This document shows positions 15,451 through 25,296 of a stretch of 53,888 nt of DNA, one piece after another. Below the pieces are notes generated by a model that saw only the letters and a program-made list of their open reading frames with translations, was not told the origin of the DNA and ran no database searches. The position numbers were made by a program, and so were the translations under genes. Each line of letters begins with the position of its first letter. Position 1 is the stretch's first letter. The stretch spans positions 1 to 53,888 of the forward strand of contig JBBSXA010000009.1 of the NCBI GenBank assembly GCA_038045985.1, read 5' to 3'. This DNA comes from Nanobdellota archaeon. GTDB taxonomy: Archaea; Nanobdellota; Nanobdellia; Pacearchaeales; GW2011-AR1.

Positions 15451-18400
15451 AATAAAGAAACCTTTATTTTTTGCAGTTTTTTTACTAATTGTAATTTTAG
15501 TTGTAAATTTTATTCTGGCTGTACCTAATTTTTTAACTTCTGGCTCAACTAATTATACAAATGAAGATTCTTCACCTTCATTTTGGATAAACTTTACAAA
15601 TCTAACAAATAACAGCTTAAATGAAATTTTGGTTTTTGATATACTTGAGATTAGCTCTTCTAACTCATTACATTCTGGATTTACATTAAGTAATTACACG
15701 TGGATAACTTGGAATGACACTTCAGCAAAAACAAACTCTAGCAAAGGTATAATGAATATTAATGCAACTAGAGATAATGAAACAGGTAGATTTAATGTTA
15801 CAATATTTGTTGGTAATTATCCAGAGAGGGTTGGAGAATCTAGACCCTTTTATTTTGAAGTCAACGCAACAAATGATCCTCCAAATTTTACAAATATTAA
15901 TACAACTTATAATATAACCTCCCTAGAGCCCTTGTTTTTGCACTTGAATGCGACAGATGAAGAGGGGCATTATCCCTTGAATTTTACAGTTGCCTTTAAC
16001 AGCACTTCATGCGTTCATGCATCTTGGAGCGGCATGAACAATAACCAGAATTGTTCTCTGTTTGGGTTTGGATTTAATTTCAGCCATACTAACAATCTTT
16101 CTGCGTTGATGAATTTCACGCCGACAGCCAATCATGTCGGAACTTATTATGCAAATATTTCAGTCGTGGATTTTGGAGCGAGATATAACAGCAGCGCTTC
16201 TCCATATCAAACATCTGATTATTCTTTGAATAAGACAACTTATTATTCAAGCACAGTAACTTTTAATATATTTTCTTCCTTGAGCCTTAATACAGGCAAT
16301 TGCGACAATAAAATATTTCAAGAAAATCAATATGGATCCTGCAATGTGACTGTAAGAACAAAGGGAGCAGCAGACAGCTTGAACATATCTTCTTATGCAA
16401 TTTTAAGACATTACGCCTCTGGCCAAAGCTCTGTAAGCAACACGAGCTGGTTTTATTTGAATCACACAAATATTTCCTCTAATTTTGAGTATAATGTCAC
16501 TATAAATGTGTCTCCATCCAAGACTGAAATAGGCAATTGGACAATTAATTTTACAGTCACAGACACGACTTACAGCGAAACCTCAACTTCCCAAATTTAT
16601 GTTTATGTGAACAGAACTTCTAATGATGTTCCGGATCTTGACAGCATAAGCAATGTCAACACTTCTATAAATTTGCTTACTGTCATAAATTTGGCAGTCT
16701 ATGATGATGATTTGCTTGTTCCGGACAAAAATTCCAGCTTTGGCGGATTTAATGAGACAACAACTTTCAACAGGACAATATTAAACCAGTCTAATTTATC
16801 CCAGCAATTAAGTTTGTCCAATTTTAGCATAGGGATTTTGCAGATGCCTGTTTCAGGTACAAACAGGACAACCGCTGAAATAAGATTTACTTCAAATTCC
16901 AGCGATGTTGGAAGCTATACAGTCAATATAACTGCAAATGACTCTCAAGGCAGCAGAGATTTTGGGATTTTTAACCTTAGTATAATAAACAATTCTGCGC
17001 CTGATTGGAATAGCACTTTAACAACCAACTTTTCATTAACAGAAGACACTTTATTCTATCTTAACTTAAGCCAGAATGTTTCTGACTCTGATGGAAACAC
17101 GCTGACTTTTTCTTATGCTAATGACACCTCTTTTGACAATTTCAATTTGACAAGCGCAGGAATAATTAACTTTACGCCGAGAGATGCTGATGTAGGCCAG
17201 CATATTGTTAATATAACTGTCAGCGATGGATATTTAACAGACACAGCGCAATTTAGCATTAATGTTTCAAATGTCAATGATAGCGTCTCTATTATAAGAA
17301 TCTCCACAGCAAATGCCAGCACTAATGAAACATTCAATTATATTCTAGGCGCTTCTTTGGTCAATTTGACTGAGGATAACTATACTACTTTTACCCTTTT
17401 AATTGAAGATGATGATTTTAAGATTCCCAGCGGGCAGAAGTCTTATTATAATGAGAGCTTAACAGTTAACTTGGCTATTCAGGGCCCTAATACAACTCTT
17501 TTTAACTTTACATATGACAGCATGATAACTTCAAACAGGTCGGTTTATGTTTCATCTTTCACTCCGAGAAAAGCAAGTGTAGGAAATTATAATGTTACGG
17601 TTAATGCCTCTGACCGGAATGGAACTTTCAGCTCTCTCTCTTTTACTATGACTGTCCTTAATGTAAGCCATAATCCAGTAATGTCGAGCTTGTCTAATCA
17701 GAGTTCTGCAGTAAACAGAAGTTTTTATTATGATGTGAACGTTACTGACACAGAAAATGGAAATGACACTTCGGGCACGAACACCAACTTTACTTTTTCT
17801 TACACTAATTTGTCTGGAAATAATATTTTTTCAAGCTATTTCAATACTACAACAGGTGTTTTTAACATAACTTTTAATTCAAGCCATGCCGGCTCTTACG
17901 GCTTGAGTGTTACAGTTACTGACTCTGGAGGCTCTACTGACACAGAGACTTTCTGGATTTTTGTCTACAACTCCCCTAATGTCACATCACCTGCTTCAGG
18001 TTATGTTTTTAATCAAACTGAGAATACAACATCAATTTTGAATTTCACTGTAAATCATACTGTTTTAGACAATTTGACTTACTTGTTTTATGTGGATGGA
18101 ATCACCTGTGCTTATCAGAGTAATTTAAATTGCAATTATACCTCTTCTCTTTTAAGAAATACAGTTAACTATTATGGAAATGGAACCAGCTACAACTGGA
18201 GTTTTACACCTAATTTTACAGATGAGACTTATGGGCTTTTGAAAAATCTAACTTTAGTCGTATATCCTAATTCAAGCTCTCTTGTAAATGCAAGCCAGAT
18301 TAACACGACTGTTGTTTACAAGCTTAACATAAGCCATACAAATTCTCCTCTTACTTTTAGCGGAGATATCAGCGACAAAGGTCCGGTTACGCACGACAAT

Positions 18401-19408
18401 GATATTACTTTTAGTTTGACGGATTATTTTTCAGATGCAGATTACAGCGATTCTTATTACGCTCAAAGCGTTACTTGGACTTTGAATAGCAACACTTCTT
18501 TGATTACTTCAAGCGTTTCTTCTTCGTGGGCATTAACTTTAAGCGCTTCGACTGCTGTTATTGGATCGGTTAATATAACTGGAAATGACGGCTCGACTAA
18601 CGCTACAAGCAACCAGTTTATTGTTATATTCACAGAGCCGAGCGTTTCGTCGAGCAGTTCCTCCTCCAGCAGCAGCGGCGGAGGGGCGTCAGAGATTCCT
18701 GTTTCATTAAAAATCCTGCTTCCTGACCCTATTTCAGCATTTCAAAAAGACAAGATAGTCCTGCCTATAACTTTGCATAATACCGGATCTGTGGTTTTGA
18801 ATAGAGTCAGCCTTTTTGCCAGTGTTGCTTACAACGGCTCTATTGCTGAGGATATTAATCTTACTTTTGATAATTCCTATTTTAACGCTATTGGCATTGG
18901 AGAAAAAAAGAATACTACTTTGACAGCTAATATAGATACTAACAGGCTCGGGCTTTATGAAATAACTGTAAATGCTTCTGTAGATATTCCTGATTACAAT
19001 GACTGGGGAAAGATTTATTTAACAATTAAAGAAGGGGAGAATATTGAAGAGAAAATATTGTTCACAGAAGAATTTATTGTCAGCAATCCCGAATGCATTG
19101 AACTTAAAGAGCTTGTTGATGAGGCAAGAGAGTTTTTGAGTTTTGGAAATACCGAAGCTGCTATAAAAAAGACTGATGAGGCTTTAGATGCATGCAAAAG
19201 TGCGATTGCGCAAGCAGGCAAATCAAAGATAAAGGAAATTATTGAGAATAAATTTTACAGGTATTTAGCTATATCTGCAATAGTTGTCCTTTGCGTAGGC
19301 GTCTCTTATTATTCTTATAAAAGAATCAAACTTAAAAGAATGAGAGGGGTCTTTGCACAGCAAGATATAAAAAACAGAAAGTATTTAGAGCGTCAATATG
19401 GAAGATAG
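15437..19408 (+). CDS. giant cadherin-like repeat surface protein with Ser/Gly linker, C-terminal beta-sandwich, helical stalk and TM anchor
   Basis: Module boundaries NDPPNF / NDVPDL / NSAPDW / NVNDSVSI / SHNPVM. Cadherin-like ends such as VNITVSDGYLTDTAQFSINVSNVND. Linker SSSSSSSSSGGG. Ends AISAIVVLCVGVSYYSYKRIKLKRMRG. The start could also be 15422. Confidence 0.8.
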   Translation: MRNIKIKKPLFFAVFLLIVILVVNFILAVPNFLTSGSTNYTNEDSSPSFWINFTNLTNNSLNEILVFDILEISSSNSLHSGFTLSNYTWITWNDTSAKTNSSKGIMNINATRDNETGRFNVTIFVGNYPERVGESRPFYFEVNATNDPPNFTNINTTYNITSLEPLFLHLNATDEEGHYPLNFTVAFNSTSCVHASWSGMNNNQNCSLFGFGFNFSHTNNLSALMNFTPTANHVGTYYANISVVDFGARYNSSASPYQTSDYSLNKTTYYSSTVTFNIFSSLSLNTGNCDNKIFQENQYGSCNVTVRTKGAADSLNISSYAILRHYASGQSSVSNTSWFYLNHTNISSNFEYNVTINVSPSKTEIGNWTINFTVTDTTYSETSTSQIYVYVNRTSNDVPDLDSISNVNTSINLLTVINLAVYDDDLLVPDKNSSFGGFNETTTFNRTILNQSNLSQQLSLSNFSIGILQMPVSGTNRTTAEIRFTSNSSDVGSYTVNITANDSQGSRDFGIFNLSIINNSAPDWNSTLTTNFSLTEDTLFYLNLSQNVSDSDGNTLTFSYANDTSFDNFNLTSAGIINFTPRDADVGQHIVNITVSDGYLTDTAQFSINVSNVNDSVSIIRISTANASTNETFNYILGASLVNLTEDNYTTFTLLIEDDDFKIPSGQKSYYNESLTVNLAIQGPNTTLFNFTYDSMITSNRSVYVSSFTPRKASVGNYNVTVNASDRNGTFSSLSFTMTVLNVSHNPVMSSLSNQSSAVNRSFYYDVNVTDTENGNDTSGTNTNFTFSYTNLSGNNIFSSYFNTTTGVFNITFNSSHAGSYGLSVTVTDSGGSTDTETFWIFVYNSPNVTSPASGYVFNQTENTTSILNFTVNHTVLDNLTYLFYVDGITCAYQSNLNCNYTSSLLRNTVNYYGNGTSYNWSFTPNFTDETYGLLKNLTLVVYPNSSSLVNASQINTTVVYKLNISHTNSPLTFSGDISDKGPVTHDNDITFSLTDYFSDADYSDSYYAQSVTWTLNSNTSLITSSVSSSWALTLSASTAVIGSVNITGNDGSTNATSNQFIVIFTEPSVSSSSSSSSSSGGGASEIPVSLKILLPDPISAFQKDKIVLPITLHNTGSVVLNRVSLFASVAYNGSIAEDINLTFDNSYFNAIGIGEKKNTTLTANIDTNRLGLYEITVNASVDIPDYNDWGKIYLTIKEGENIEEKILFTEEFIVSNPECIELKELVDEAREFLSFGNTEAAIKKTDEALDACKSAIAQAGKSKIKEIIENKFYRYLAISAIVVLCVGVSYYSYKRIKLKRMRGVFAQQDIKNRKYLERQYGR

Positions 19409-20573
19409 AGGTGAGGAAATAAAGAGCTGGCTTAAAGAAGCCATTCGAAGAGGGTATTCTGATTTGGAAATTAGAGATCTTCTTAATAGCAATGGATATT
19501 CTCCAGAAGAAATACATGGTGTTTTTGTGATGAAGAGAAAATTTAAGAAAAATAAATTAATTTTTCAAAAGGACAAAGTTAAGCTTAACAGATTTTCTAA
19601 GACGTCAGAGCAAGTTCCTGAAGAGATTAGAGAAGTTTATGATCTTCTTCTGCAGACTAGAATAGAAGTCGCGAAAGTTATTATAGGGCAGAAAGATGTT
19701 GTTGATGCTTTTATGTGCGCATTGCTTTGCGACGGCCATGTTTTGCTTGAAGGAGTTCCCGGAATAGCCAAGACTCTTCTTGTTAAGACTTTGGCGCAGG
19801 CATCTGGCTGCCTGTCCCATAGGATTCAGTTTACAGTTGATCTTCTTCCCAGCGATATTGTCGGGATAACTACTTACACTCCTGAAAAAGGCTTTGAGGT
19901 AATCAAAGGCCCTGTTTTTGCTAATTTTATTATTGGTGATGAAATAAATAGGAGTCCTCCAAAAACTCAGTCAGCTCTTATAGAAGCAATGCAGGAGAAG
20001 CAAGTTACTATTGGAAAGCAGACTTTTCCCCTGCCAAGCCCTTTTTTTGTCATGGCAAACAACAATCCATTAGAGAGCAGTGGTGTCTATGATCTTCCTG
20101 AGGCGCAGGTGGACAGATTTTTGTTTAAGGTTATTATGGGCTACCCAAATGGAAGTGAAGAGGTCAAGATTATGGAAGATAACATGACTCTTAGAAAGTT
20201 TGAGAGTTTTGACATTAAGCCTATCCTTTCGGCTGAAAAAATATTGGAAATGCAGGAAATTACAAAAAAAATTCATATGGATGATAAAATCAAGAATTAT
20301 ATTGTAAGGCTTGTTGAAAAGACAAGAAAAAGAGATTTTGACAACGGGAAATATATCGAGTGGGGCGGGAGTCCGAGAGCGAGCATTGGAATCTTTATCG
20401 CTTCAAAAGCCTGGGCTTTAATGAATGGAAGAAACTATGTTATTCCCCAGGATGTCAAGGACATAGCGCACTATGTTCTCCGCCACAGAATAATATTAAA
20501 TTACAAGGCAAGGGCAGAAGGAATAACTTCCGACAAGATTATAGATGAGATTTTTGCGATAGTTAATATTTGA
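19398..20573 (+). CDS. MoxR-family AAA+ ATPase with ~70-aa N-terminal extension
   Basis: GHVLLEGVPGIAKT (Walker A), ANFIIGDEINR (Walker B), QSALIEAMQEKQVTI, and the GGSPRA C-terminal lid. Overlaps the adhesin stop by 11 nt. Confidence 0.85.
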   Translation: MEDRGEEIKSWLKEAIRRGYSDLEIRDLLNSNGYSPEEIHGVFVMKRKFKKNKLIFQKDKVKLNRFSKTSEQVPEEIREVYDLLLQTRIEVAKVIIGQKDVVDAFMCALLCDGHVLLEGVPGIAKTLLVKTLAQASGCLSHRIQFTVDLLPSDIVGITTYTPEKGFEVIKGPVFANFIIGDEINRSPPKTQSALIEAMQEKQVTIGKQTFPLPSPFFVMANNNPLESSGVYDLPEAQVDRFLFKVIMGYPNGSEEVKIMEDNMTLRKFESFDIKPILSAEKILEMQEITKKIHMDDKIKNYIVRLVEKTRKRDFDNGKYIEWGGSPRASIGIFIASKAWALMNGRNYVIPQDVKDIAHYVLRHRIILNYKARAEGITSDKIIDEIFAIVNI

Positions 20574-20635
20574 CGCAATTCTCTTATGGATTGTATATTC
20601 TGAAACATACAAAACTTTATAATTTATTTTATCTG

Positions 20636-21040
20636 ATGGTTTTGATGGCTGATTTAAGCACTGCGAAAAACTGCATTGATGCAATGATAAAAGAAGGGAT
20701 TTATAAAGGAGAAAGGGTAGGGAGAGTAACAAGAGATATTGGAGGAATCACTTCCCAGGTTTCTGGATTTCCTATTTATAACAAAGGACAGATTGTTTTA
20801 TTCAGGCAGGAGGAAGATTTGCCTGAAGGCACTTTGTCTACAGAATTGCTGAGAAGGGAATATGAAAAGATGGGAAAAAAGATGCCCAATAGTTTTGTGA
20901 CTGTTGAAAGCCCTTTGTCGCCAGGTGAAATTGCTAAACAAAGAGAAAGAGGCTCTTTGATAACTACTGTAAAAACGACTGTGGGTGTGCCTAGAAATTA
21001 CATAACTTATCTAAAGTATGTTAAGAAGATTGTTATTTAG
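20636..21040 (+). CDS. hypothetical protein (134 aa from the first ATG)
   Basis: ORF track (tracked TTG start at 20570). TATA-like ctttataattt lies upstream of ATG 20636. No family recognised. Confidence 0.4.
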   Translation: MVLMADLSTAKNCIDAMIKEGIYKGERVGRVTRDIGGITSQVSGFPIYNKGQIVLFRQEEDLPEGTLSTELLRREYEKMGKKMPNSFVTVESPLSPGEIAKQRERGSLITTVKTTVGVPRNYITYLKYVKKIVI

Positions 21041-21138
21041 AAAGTTTTTCCTTTTTAGAGGATGTTAATTGATTTCTATTTATTTGTTAGTCGAAGACTT
21101 TATTAATATTAATTACATGCTTTATAAAAGGGGTAAGA

Positions 21139-21492
21139 ATGGAAAAAAGAAATTGGGTAATATTAATTATTTTGGCTGTTTTGATAATTTTAGTTTTTCT
21201 ATTCAAAGATTTTCTTATTGTGAAAAATGAAGAATTAGTAAAAGCTGATTACTGTGAACAGACCAGCGACTGTGTTCTGGCTGTTAATCCAAGCAGCTGC
21301 TGTGTTTGTCCTATGCCTTATAACAAAAAAGTTGTTGAGCTTGAAGATAATCTAATTGCTTATGATGAAAATGTTAATTATTTATTATATGATAAAGATG
21401 CAGATTGCAGAAATATAGCTTGTGAAGCCTGCCCGCAATTAGGCAATTTAGGGTGTTTACAAAATAAATGTTTGAATATAATCCCTATTTAA
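21139..21492 (+). CDS. small secreted Cys-rich protein
   Basis: Signal anchor, then 11 Cys (CEQTSDC...SSCCVCP...DCRNIACEACP...GCLQNKC). Confidence 0.5.
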   Translation: MEKRNWVILIILAVLIILVFLFKDFLIVKNEELVKADYCEQTSDCVLAVNPSSCCVCPMPYNKKVVELEDNLIAYDENVNYLLYDKDADCRNIACEACPQLGNLGCLQNKCLNIIPI

Positions 21493-21496
21493 TAAA

Positions 21497-22408
21497 ATGC
21501 CAATACAAAAAAATATCCCTCAAAAGAAACTTAATGTAAATGTTGCTGATGCAATATCTGAATTCCAGTCTGTAATGAAAGAATTCAAGCTTAGAAAAGA
21601 CATCTACAGGATTATTTTCAGGGGAAAAGGGCTTGAATTTGAATCTTACAGAGATTTTTCTCCTGATGAGGATGCTTCTGATATTGATTGGAAAGCCAGC
21701 TCTAGAGCCCAAAAACTTCTTGCCAAGCAGTATAAAGAGGAAAGAGATTTGAAAATAATGTTTTTAGTTGATGTGGGAAACAACATGGTTTTTGGATCTG
21801 GGGAAAAATTAAAATGCGAATATGTTACAGAGCTTGTTGCCGCTTTTTCAAAAATAATTCTTGAATCAAATGACAGAGTAGGCATTTATCTTTTTTCAGA
21901 CAGAGTCAAGTATTTTATAAGCCCTAAACTTGGGGAGAGACATTTTCAGTTTATGATTGATTTGCTTTCAACGCCTAAAACTTATGGAGGAACAACAGAT
22001 ATTGATCTTGCAATTGATTATGCTATGAGGTATTTAACAAGCTCAATTAATTCAGTTATTTTGATATCTGATTTTTTGAGAATTTCAAAAGATACAGAAA
22101 AAGCAATTGATCTGCTTTCTAATAGGTTTGAAACAGTTATTATTAGGGTTAAGGATATTCTTGATCTAACTCTTCCTGATGTTGAAGGGGAAATAGTTGT
22201 TGAGAGCCCTGTTAACGGGGAGCAGATTGTGGTTAATCCAAAAGTTGTCAAGAGTTCTTATGAAAAATATGCTTTTGAACAGTCAAAGGCGGTTGAAGAT
22301 ATTTTTAAAAACAGCGAAGCTGATTATCTTGATCTTCTTACAAATAAGAGCTTTGCCATTCCTCTTGCAATGTTCTTGAAAGAAAGGCTGGACAGGAAGG
22401 CAAGATGA
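21497..22408 (+). CDS. DUF58 family protein (MoxR-associated, VWA-like)
   Basis: DIDWKASSRAQKLLAKQYKEERDLKIMFLVDVGNNM matches the DUF58 signature. Sits in the usual MoxR-DUF58-VWA order. Confidence 0.75.
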   Translation: MPIQKNIPQKKLNVNVADAISEFQSVMKEFKLRKDIYRIIFRGKGLEFESYRDFSPDEDASDIDWKASSRAQKLLAKQYKEERDLKIMFLVDVGNNMVFGSGEKLKCEYVTELVAAFSKIILESNDRVGIYLFSDRVKYFISPKLGERHFQFMIDLLSTPKTYGGTTDIDLAIDYAMRYLTSSINSVILISDFLRISKDTEKAIDLLSNRFETVIIRVKDILDLTLPDVEGEIVVESPVNGEQIVVNPKVVKSSYEKYAFEQSKAVEDIFKNSEADYLDLLTNKSFAIPLAMFLKERLDRKAR

Positions 22409-23325
22409 ATTTCTCACTTTTACACCCTCAGTATTTATTTTTGCTGATTGGAATTCCATTGCTTTTTGTGATATATTTTATGTCTTTTGGAGGAAAGAAG
22501 AAAAAAGCTTTGAAGTTTGCTAATTTTGATGCAATTGCCAGAATTGAAGGTGTTGATTTTTTCTCTAAAAATGTTGTTATTCTTACACTAAACATTATAA
22601 TAATTGCTGTGCTGGTGTTTGCTGTTTCCGGCCTGACACTTCATACTACTGCTAGAACAAGCTCTTTTTCTTTTATTATTGCTATTGATTCCTCTCAAAG
22701 CATGCTTGCTGATGATTTAATCCCTGATAGGATTAGTGTTGCTAAGGGAACAGCGGTTGCTTTTGTTAATTCAGCACCTGTTGATGTTAGATTTGGAGTG
22801 ATATCTTTTTCGGGAGGCTCTAAGATTGAGAAAGAGGTTACAGACAGAAAAGATGAAGTTAAGGGAGCTATTAATGGAATTCAAGTTTCTGGATTTGGCG
22901 GAACAGATCTTTATGAAGCTGTTGTGACTTCTTCAAATCTTCTTGGAGATGAAGGCCATAAAGCTGTGGTTATTTTAGGAGATGGCCAGATAAATGTCGG
23001 AAGCATTGATGATGCTGTTGATTATGCAAATAAAAGAGATGTTCTTGTTCACACTATTGGAGTTGGAACAGAAGAGGGTGGACAGACAGAGTTTGGGTTT
23101 TCTAAACTGGATGAAGACTCACTTAAAAGTCTTGCTTACAATACTGGAGGAATTTATTCAAGAGCCGATAATGAAGAGAATCTGACTTCTGCTTTTTATG
23201 ATATTTTGGATTTGACTGAAAAAAAAGTTTCTATAGAGCTCTTTGATTATTTGCTGATTTTTTCAATTATTCTTGTTGTCTTTGAATTTTTTCTTGCCAA
23301 CACGAGGTATGTTAATCTGCCTTGA
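22405..23325 (+). CDS. membrane-anchored von Willebrand factor A protein (BatA-like)
   Basis: N- and C-terminal TM segments. MIDAS motif DSSQSM...GGTDL...LGDG. ATGA overlap with the DUF58 gene. Confidence 0.8.
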   Translation: MNFSLLHPQYLFLLIGIPLLFVIYFMSFGGKKKKALKFANFDAIARIEGVDFFSKNVVILTLNIIIIAVLVFAVSGLTLHTTARTSSFSFIIAIDSSQSMLADDLIPDRISVAKGTAVAFVNSAPVDVRFGVISFSGGSKIEKEVTDRKDEVKGAINGIQVSGFGGTDLYEAVVTSSNLLGDEGHKAVVILGDGQINVGSIDDAVDYANKRDVLVHTIGVGTEEGGQTEFGFSKLDEDSLKSLAYNTGGIYSRADNEENLTSAFYDILDLTEKKVSIELFDYLLIFSIILVVFEFFLANTRYVNLP

Positions 23326-24054
23326 TTATTTTGCCTGCTTCCAGAGAATTTCAAAATATTTTTTGTAACCTTCTGCAACATTTTTATCTTTTATAAGAAA
23401 GGCGTAAGGATTTTCTGTAAAAACTGCAATTGCCACATAATCTCCTACAATTATTGTTTCTTGAAATTGTGCCAGTGATTCATTAACATATCTTATGTTT
23501 GTTAATTGTTTTTTCCCAATTTCATTTCCTCCAACATTTTTTACTACATTGTCAAATAATTGTCTTGATGGAAGTTTGTTTGCTATTCTTCTTTCATGAA
23601 GATTAAGCCACCATGTTAAGCCCATAATTTTTACAGTAATTGGTCCTCCCCCATAGGTTAGATATTCTTTTGCTTTTGCATTAATCATTATGTTATAAAC
23701 TTCTTTTATTCCTCTTACTCCTTTGTAGATTGTTGCATTCTCCTCATTTATTTTTGATTCTTGTTTCTTCTTTAACTCAGGCAGAATTTCTTGAAATCTT
23801 CTTTTTTTGTCTTCTATAAATTCAAAGAATGATTCTGGATTTGTTGCCTGATAGATCTTCTTTTTGCCTTCTAATACAAAGTTTATTATTCCTTTTTCAA
23901 TTAGAGAGTTGAGTGCTCTATGTGTTACAGAATTTGGAAGTTTTGATTTTTTAAGTATTAACCCTGCAGTTGAAGAGCCTAATTCAAGCAGAGTAATATA
24001 AACTTTTATTTCTGAATGGCTTAATCCTAGGTCTTCTAGTATATCTGTATCCAT
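23326..24054 (-). CDS. TrmB-family transcriptional regulator
   Basis: N-terminal LEDLGLSHSEIKVYITLLELGSSTAGLILKKSKLPNSVTHRALNSLIEKG winged HTH, plus a TrmB-like C-terminal domain. Confidence 0.75.
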   Translation of the reverse strand: MDTDILEDLGLSHSEIKVYITLLELGSSTAGLILKKSKLPNSVTHRALNSLIEKGIINFVLEGKKKIYQATNPESFFEFIEDKKRRFQEILPELKKKQESKINEENATIYKGVRGIKEVYNIMINAKAKEYLTYGGGPITVKIMGLTWWLNLHERRIANKLPSRQLFDNVVKNVGGNEIGKKQLTNIRYVNESLAQFQETIIVGDYVAIAVFTENPYAFLIKDKNVAEGYKKYFEILWKQAK

Positions 24055-24201
24055 ATTTTCTTCATGTTTTTTGAATATTTAATACTTTCTATTTATACTA
24101 CCAATTGGGAGGATATAATTATATATAGTGTTTATTGTTACTATGATTAAGTAGTTAGTTACTGACTACATAGCAAATTAAATGAAAAGGAGAAAAACAA
24201 A

Positions 24202-24555
24202 ATGACAAAAAATTTAACAAGAAATGACTTAAGAAACTTCAGAAATGTAACAGTAAAAGGTTTTGGTTTGCAGGATCACTGTGAGTTTGATGTTTTTGCT
24301 GAGAATTATGATTCAAATGGTCGTGGCGAAGCGCAAGGTTTGGAAGTGATAGATGTAACTATGCTTAGCCCATTTAGATTTGAAATAAGTGATAGAAGCG
24401 GAAATTTTTATGGAACTTATCTTGGCAGAAAAGAAGCACATAGAAAAGCATATGAAATTGCTTCAAGAATTGCAAGGAAAATAGCTGGAGAAAATAATCT
24501 TCCAGTTTCTTATTGTGTTCCATATCAGGAAACTCCAAGGAGTGATTTAAGATGA
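24202..24555 (+). CDS. hypothetical protein, paralogue of the next gene
   Basis: GGAG upstream. The C-terminal helix GRKEAHRKAYEIASRIARKI matches GANKKAHKLALEFANQISE of the next ORF. ATGA overlap. Confidence 0.5.
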   Translation: MTKNLTRNDLRNFRNVTVKGFGLQDHCEFDVFAENYDSNGRGEAQGLEVIDVTMLSPFRFEISDRSGNFYGTYLGRKEAHRKAYEIASRIARKIAGENNLPVSYCVPYQETPRSDLR

Positions 24556-24932
24556 CAACAAAAAACTATAGGATACATTATAGAATCCCTCAAGAATCTG
24601 GAGATATAGAAGTAAGAATGCTTGATCAATCTCTAACTCAAGCCCCTTCCGTATATTTTGTTGAGTGGAATACTGGGGATCGGGCAGAAGAAATAGCAAG
24701 AATATCTGGATCTAAATTCAGTGGGATAAAATATAACTTAGTTGGTAGCTTTATAGATAGGACGTTTGATAAACCTACTTTCTTGGATTCTGCTTTTACT
24801 TTAAAAGGGGCTAATAAGAAAGCGCATAAGCTAGCACTGGAATTTGCAAATCAAATTTCTGAAGATAATAAGCCTAGAGTTAGGGACCTTTCTTTAGAAG
24901 ATAAGGCTAGCCAATCCAAGAGATATTTATGA
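24552..24932 (+). CDS. hypothetical protein, paralogue of the previous gene
   Basis: As above. Ends in tandem in-frame stops TGATGA. Confidence 0.5.
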   Translation: MTTKNYRIHYRIPQESGDIEVRMLDQSLTQAPSVYFVEWNTGDRAEEIARISGSKFSGIKYNLVGSFIDRTFDKPTFLDSAFTLKGANKKAHKLALEFANQISEDNKPRVRDLSLEDKASQSKRYL

Positions 24933-25103
24933 TGAGAAGAGAAAAAACTGGACAAATATAATGTTTGTAGAGGCAATTTTGCGCCTTACCATCTTGATGC
25001 AGGTCCTGTTAGAGCTGATCCTGTTTATGGAAAACTGGAGAAATTTAAAGCAGTTTATAGTTGGGATAGTCCTAGCGGATCAGAAAGAGTTGCAGAGCAT
25101 CTT

Positions 25104-25286
25104 ATGCCTGATATGAAAGCTAGGCAGATGAATGAAAGAACATATAATTATGTTAAGAAAATGCCTTTATGGTTTCTTAAACTAGAATTCGCAGTCAAGC
25201 ATGAGAGAGACAGAAAACTTAGAAGGTCAATAGGTCAAAGATTAGATTATATGTTCCAAGAGGGAAAAAAGGAATGGACTGATTAA
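25104..25286 (+). CDS. hypothetical small protein; the frame is open a further 56 codons upstream without an ATG
   Basis: ORF track. The same frame as 24552-24932 stays open from 24936. Confidence 0.3.
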   Translation: MPDMKARQMNERTYNYVKKMPLWFLKLEFAVKHERDRKLRRSIGQRLDYMFQEGKKEWTD

Positions 25287-25296
25287 TTTTTTTAAA

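Noticed and set aside
24930-24935. Possible UGA recoding or read-through at the tandem TGATGA joining two open stretches of one frame.
   Set aside because: TGA clearly acts as a stop elsewhere in the window: MoxR at 20571-20573, and the DUF58/VWA and 24202/24552 ATGA overlaps. A double stop also argues for efficient termination, not read-through.
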